From a virus (lineage: Duplodnaviria; Caudoviricetes): 64,000 nucleotides of DNA. The stretch's first letter is position 1. Every line of letters begins with the position of its first letter. Shown in pieces: positions 62,829-64,000 of this stretch. Location of the stretch: the IMG/VR virus record IMGVR_UViG_3300034126_000020, positions 1 to 64,000 of that record. One strand, given 5' to 3'. Below the pieces are notes generated by a model. The model worked only from the letters and a program-made list of their open reading frames with translations. It was not told where the DNA came from and made no database searches. Position numbers and translations under genes: made by a program.

Positions 62829-63692
62829 ATGTCGTCTTACTACTCAAAACCTCAGGTCGAATTGTTGCTGAAGCTGATTAACGAGTCCAACCCAGGGCTG
62901 CTAGAGCTTCGTGATTTGGTGAACACCCGTCTTGGTCCTCCGACTGTTCGGACACCGGGAGCAGGTGAGATCCAGAACACGTCGATTGAACTCTACGCAT
63001 TGCCTGGGTCGTTCTACATCGGCAAGAAGATCGTTACCTACCGACGAATCGATCTGGCTAAGCTGTTTGCCAACATGACGTTGGAGTTGGACACCTGGAC
63101 AGCGGGTAACCTGCCCCGGCCTACGTGGGTCGCACTGATCAACGAGAAGTACGGTCTTGCGCTGACTGAAGAGGACATGGGCATCTACGGGGCGATGTCG
63201 GAAACGACCAACACCCTCACGGTAGGTCCTTCATCCCTTGCCTACGTCGGTAACTTCCGAGTCCGGTACGTCAAAGGCAAACGTGCCATGGATCAGATCC
63301 TGACGCTAGATCGGTACGCCGGTCTGTATTGGGATAGTTCCTATGTGCAAGGTAAGCCTCTCCTCACTCCGGTGAACTTTGGATTGGACTACAGTCGGTT
63401 TTTCAACATCGACACGATCACGAACGGCATCACGTTGAACGACTCAGGTGCGTTCTACAGTGAGGTCCGGACATTGATTGACTGGTTCAACAAGTGCTCC
63501 GGCATGACGCTGAGTCTGGCCGTGGATAACGCTCTGCCTAACGGAGTGAAAGGCCTGACCATGTCTCGCTTCACGCTCCCGAACGCTAACGTCCCTGAGG
63601 CAAACAGCGCCAAGTACAACCGGGTGTTGGTAATCTCCAGTCGTACCACCAGTTGGTTCGGTGGCAAGATCCTCCTTCACTACAACGTCTAA
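62829..63692 (+). CDS. Virion structural protein, RLDL paralog family
   Basis: YRRIDL..INEKYGLAL..SLAYVG; C-terminal VPEANSAKYNR..LLHYNV. Confidence 0.8.
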   Translation: MSSYYSKPQVELLLKLINESNPGLLELRDLVNTRLGPPTVRTPGAGEIQNTSIELYALPGSFYIGKKIVTYRRIDLAKLFANMTLELDTWTAGNLPRPTWVALINEKYGLALTEEDMGIYGAMSETTNTLTVGPSSLAYVGNFRVRYVKGKRAMDQILTLDRYAGLYWDSSYVQGKPLLTPVNFGLDYSRFFNIDTITNGITLNDSGAFYSEVRTLIDWFNKCSGMTLSLAVDNALPNGVKGLTMSRFTLPNANVPEANSAKYNRVLVISSRTTSWFGGKILLHYNV

Positions 63693-63703
63693 CGAGGACG
63701 CCC

Positions 63704-64000
63704 ATGGCTCTTATTCAAGGTTCAAAAGTTGACCTCGTGTCAGCATTGAACCGGGAGACGCCAGTCGCATTGGACTACACTGGGTTGGTTTTCAGCCCAG
63801 TCGTACCGCTCCAGTCTGATCCGTCCGGCAAGTTGGTCAAGGTGCGTTTGTCGACGCTCCCTACCTACACGTACAGGGGCAGTGATGCTCTTGAATACAG
63901 CCGGCGTAATCTGGCCGATCTACCCGGTATCTTTCCGGTACTCCCACGCTGCGTCCCCGGTGCTACGTTGTACGCCATGTTGGCGGCCTTGGCCGATGGG
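63704..64000 (+). CDS. Virion structural protein (partial, runs off the window)
   Basis: ATG 63704 with GAGG SD; MALIQGSKVDLVSALNRE...YRGSDALEYSRRNL resembles the family N-terminus. Confidence 0.65.
   Translation, partial: MALIQGSKVDLVSALNRETPVALDYTGLVFSPVVPLQSDPSGKLVKVRLSTLPTYTYRGSDALEYSRRNLADLPGIFPVLPRCVPGATLYAMLAALADG

Noticed and set aside
57750-64000. Diversity-generating retroelement acting on the paralog array
   Set aside because: No reverse transcriptase in the window and no template/variable repeat pair differing only at adenines.

Overview
This is a 64-kb segment of a phiKZ-like (Chimalliviridae-type, nucleus-forming) jumbo phage genome. A near-copy of the host regulator AmrZ suggests a Pseudomonas host. 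The core block runs DnaB-like helicase / gp119-like / major capsid protein / gp122-like / non-virion RNAP beta N-terminal subunit, a gene order recalled from phiKZ gp118-123. The window also holds class Ia RNR (nrdA, nrdB), dCTP deaminase, DHFR, an NAD-dependent DNA ligase, two Nudix hydrolases, DHH and CYTH enzymes and an SF2 helicase. Structural genes include head proteins with S-x-E prohead-protease sites, a spanin pair, tail-fibre-like proteins, a tandem array of paralogous virion proteins and many small leftward early-type genes. Best unexplained signals: (i) three ORF-poor, hairpin-rich intervals (about 25.3-25.8, 37.6-38.5 and 57.36-57.51 kb), each starting at the same GTATGTA motif and ending at a terminator, which are candidate phage ncRNAs; (ii) a recurrent hairpin+TATGYYG terminator signature; (iii) an AmrZ DNA-binding domain fused to a new C-terminus; (iv) an HslV-like active/inactive pair beside an AAA ATPase; (v) a helicase fused through S-x-E sites to a paralogue of the adjacent head protein. 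No tRNA, rRNA, CRISPR array, integrase or reverse transcriptase was seen. All assignments come from reading motifs by eye; no database search or folding program was run.
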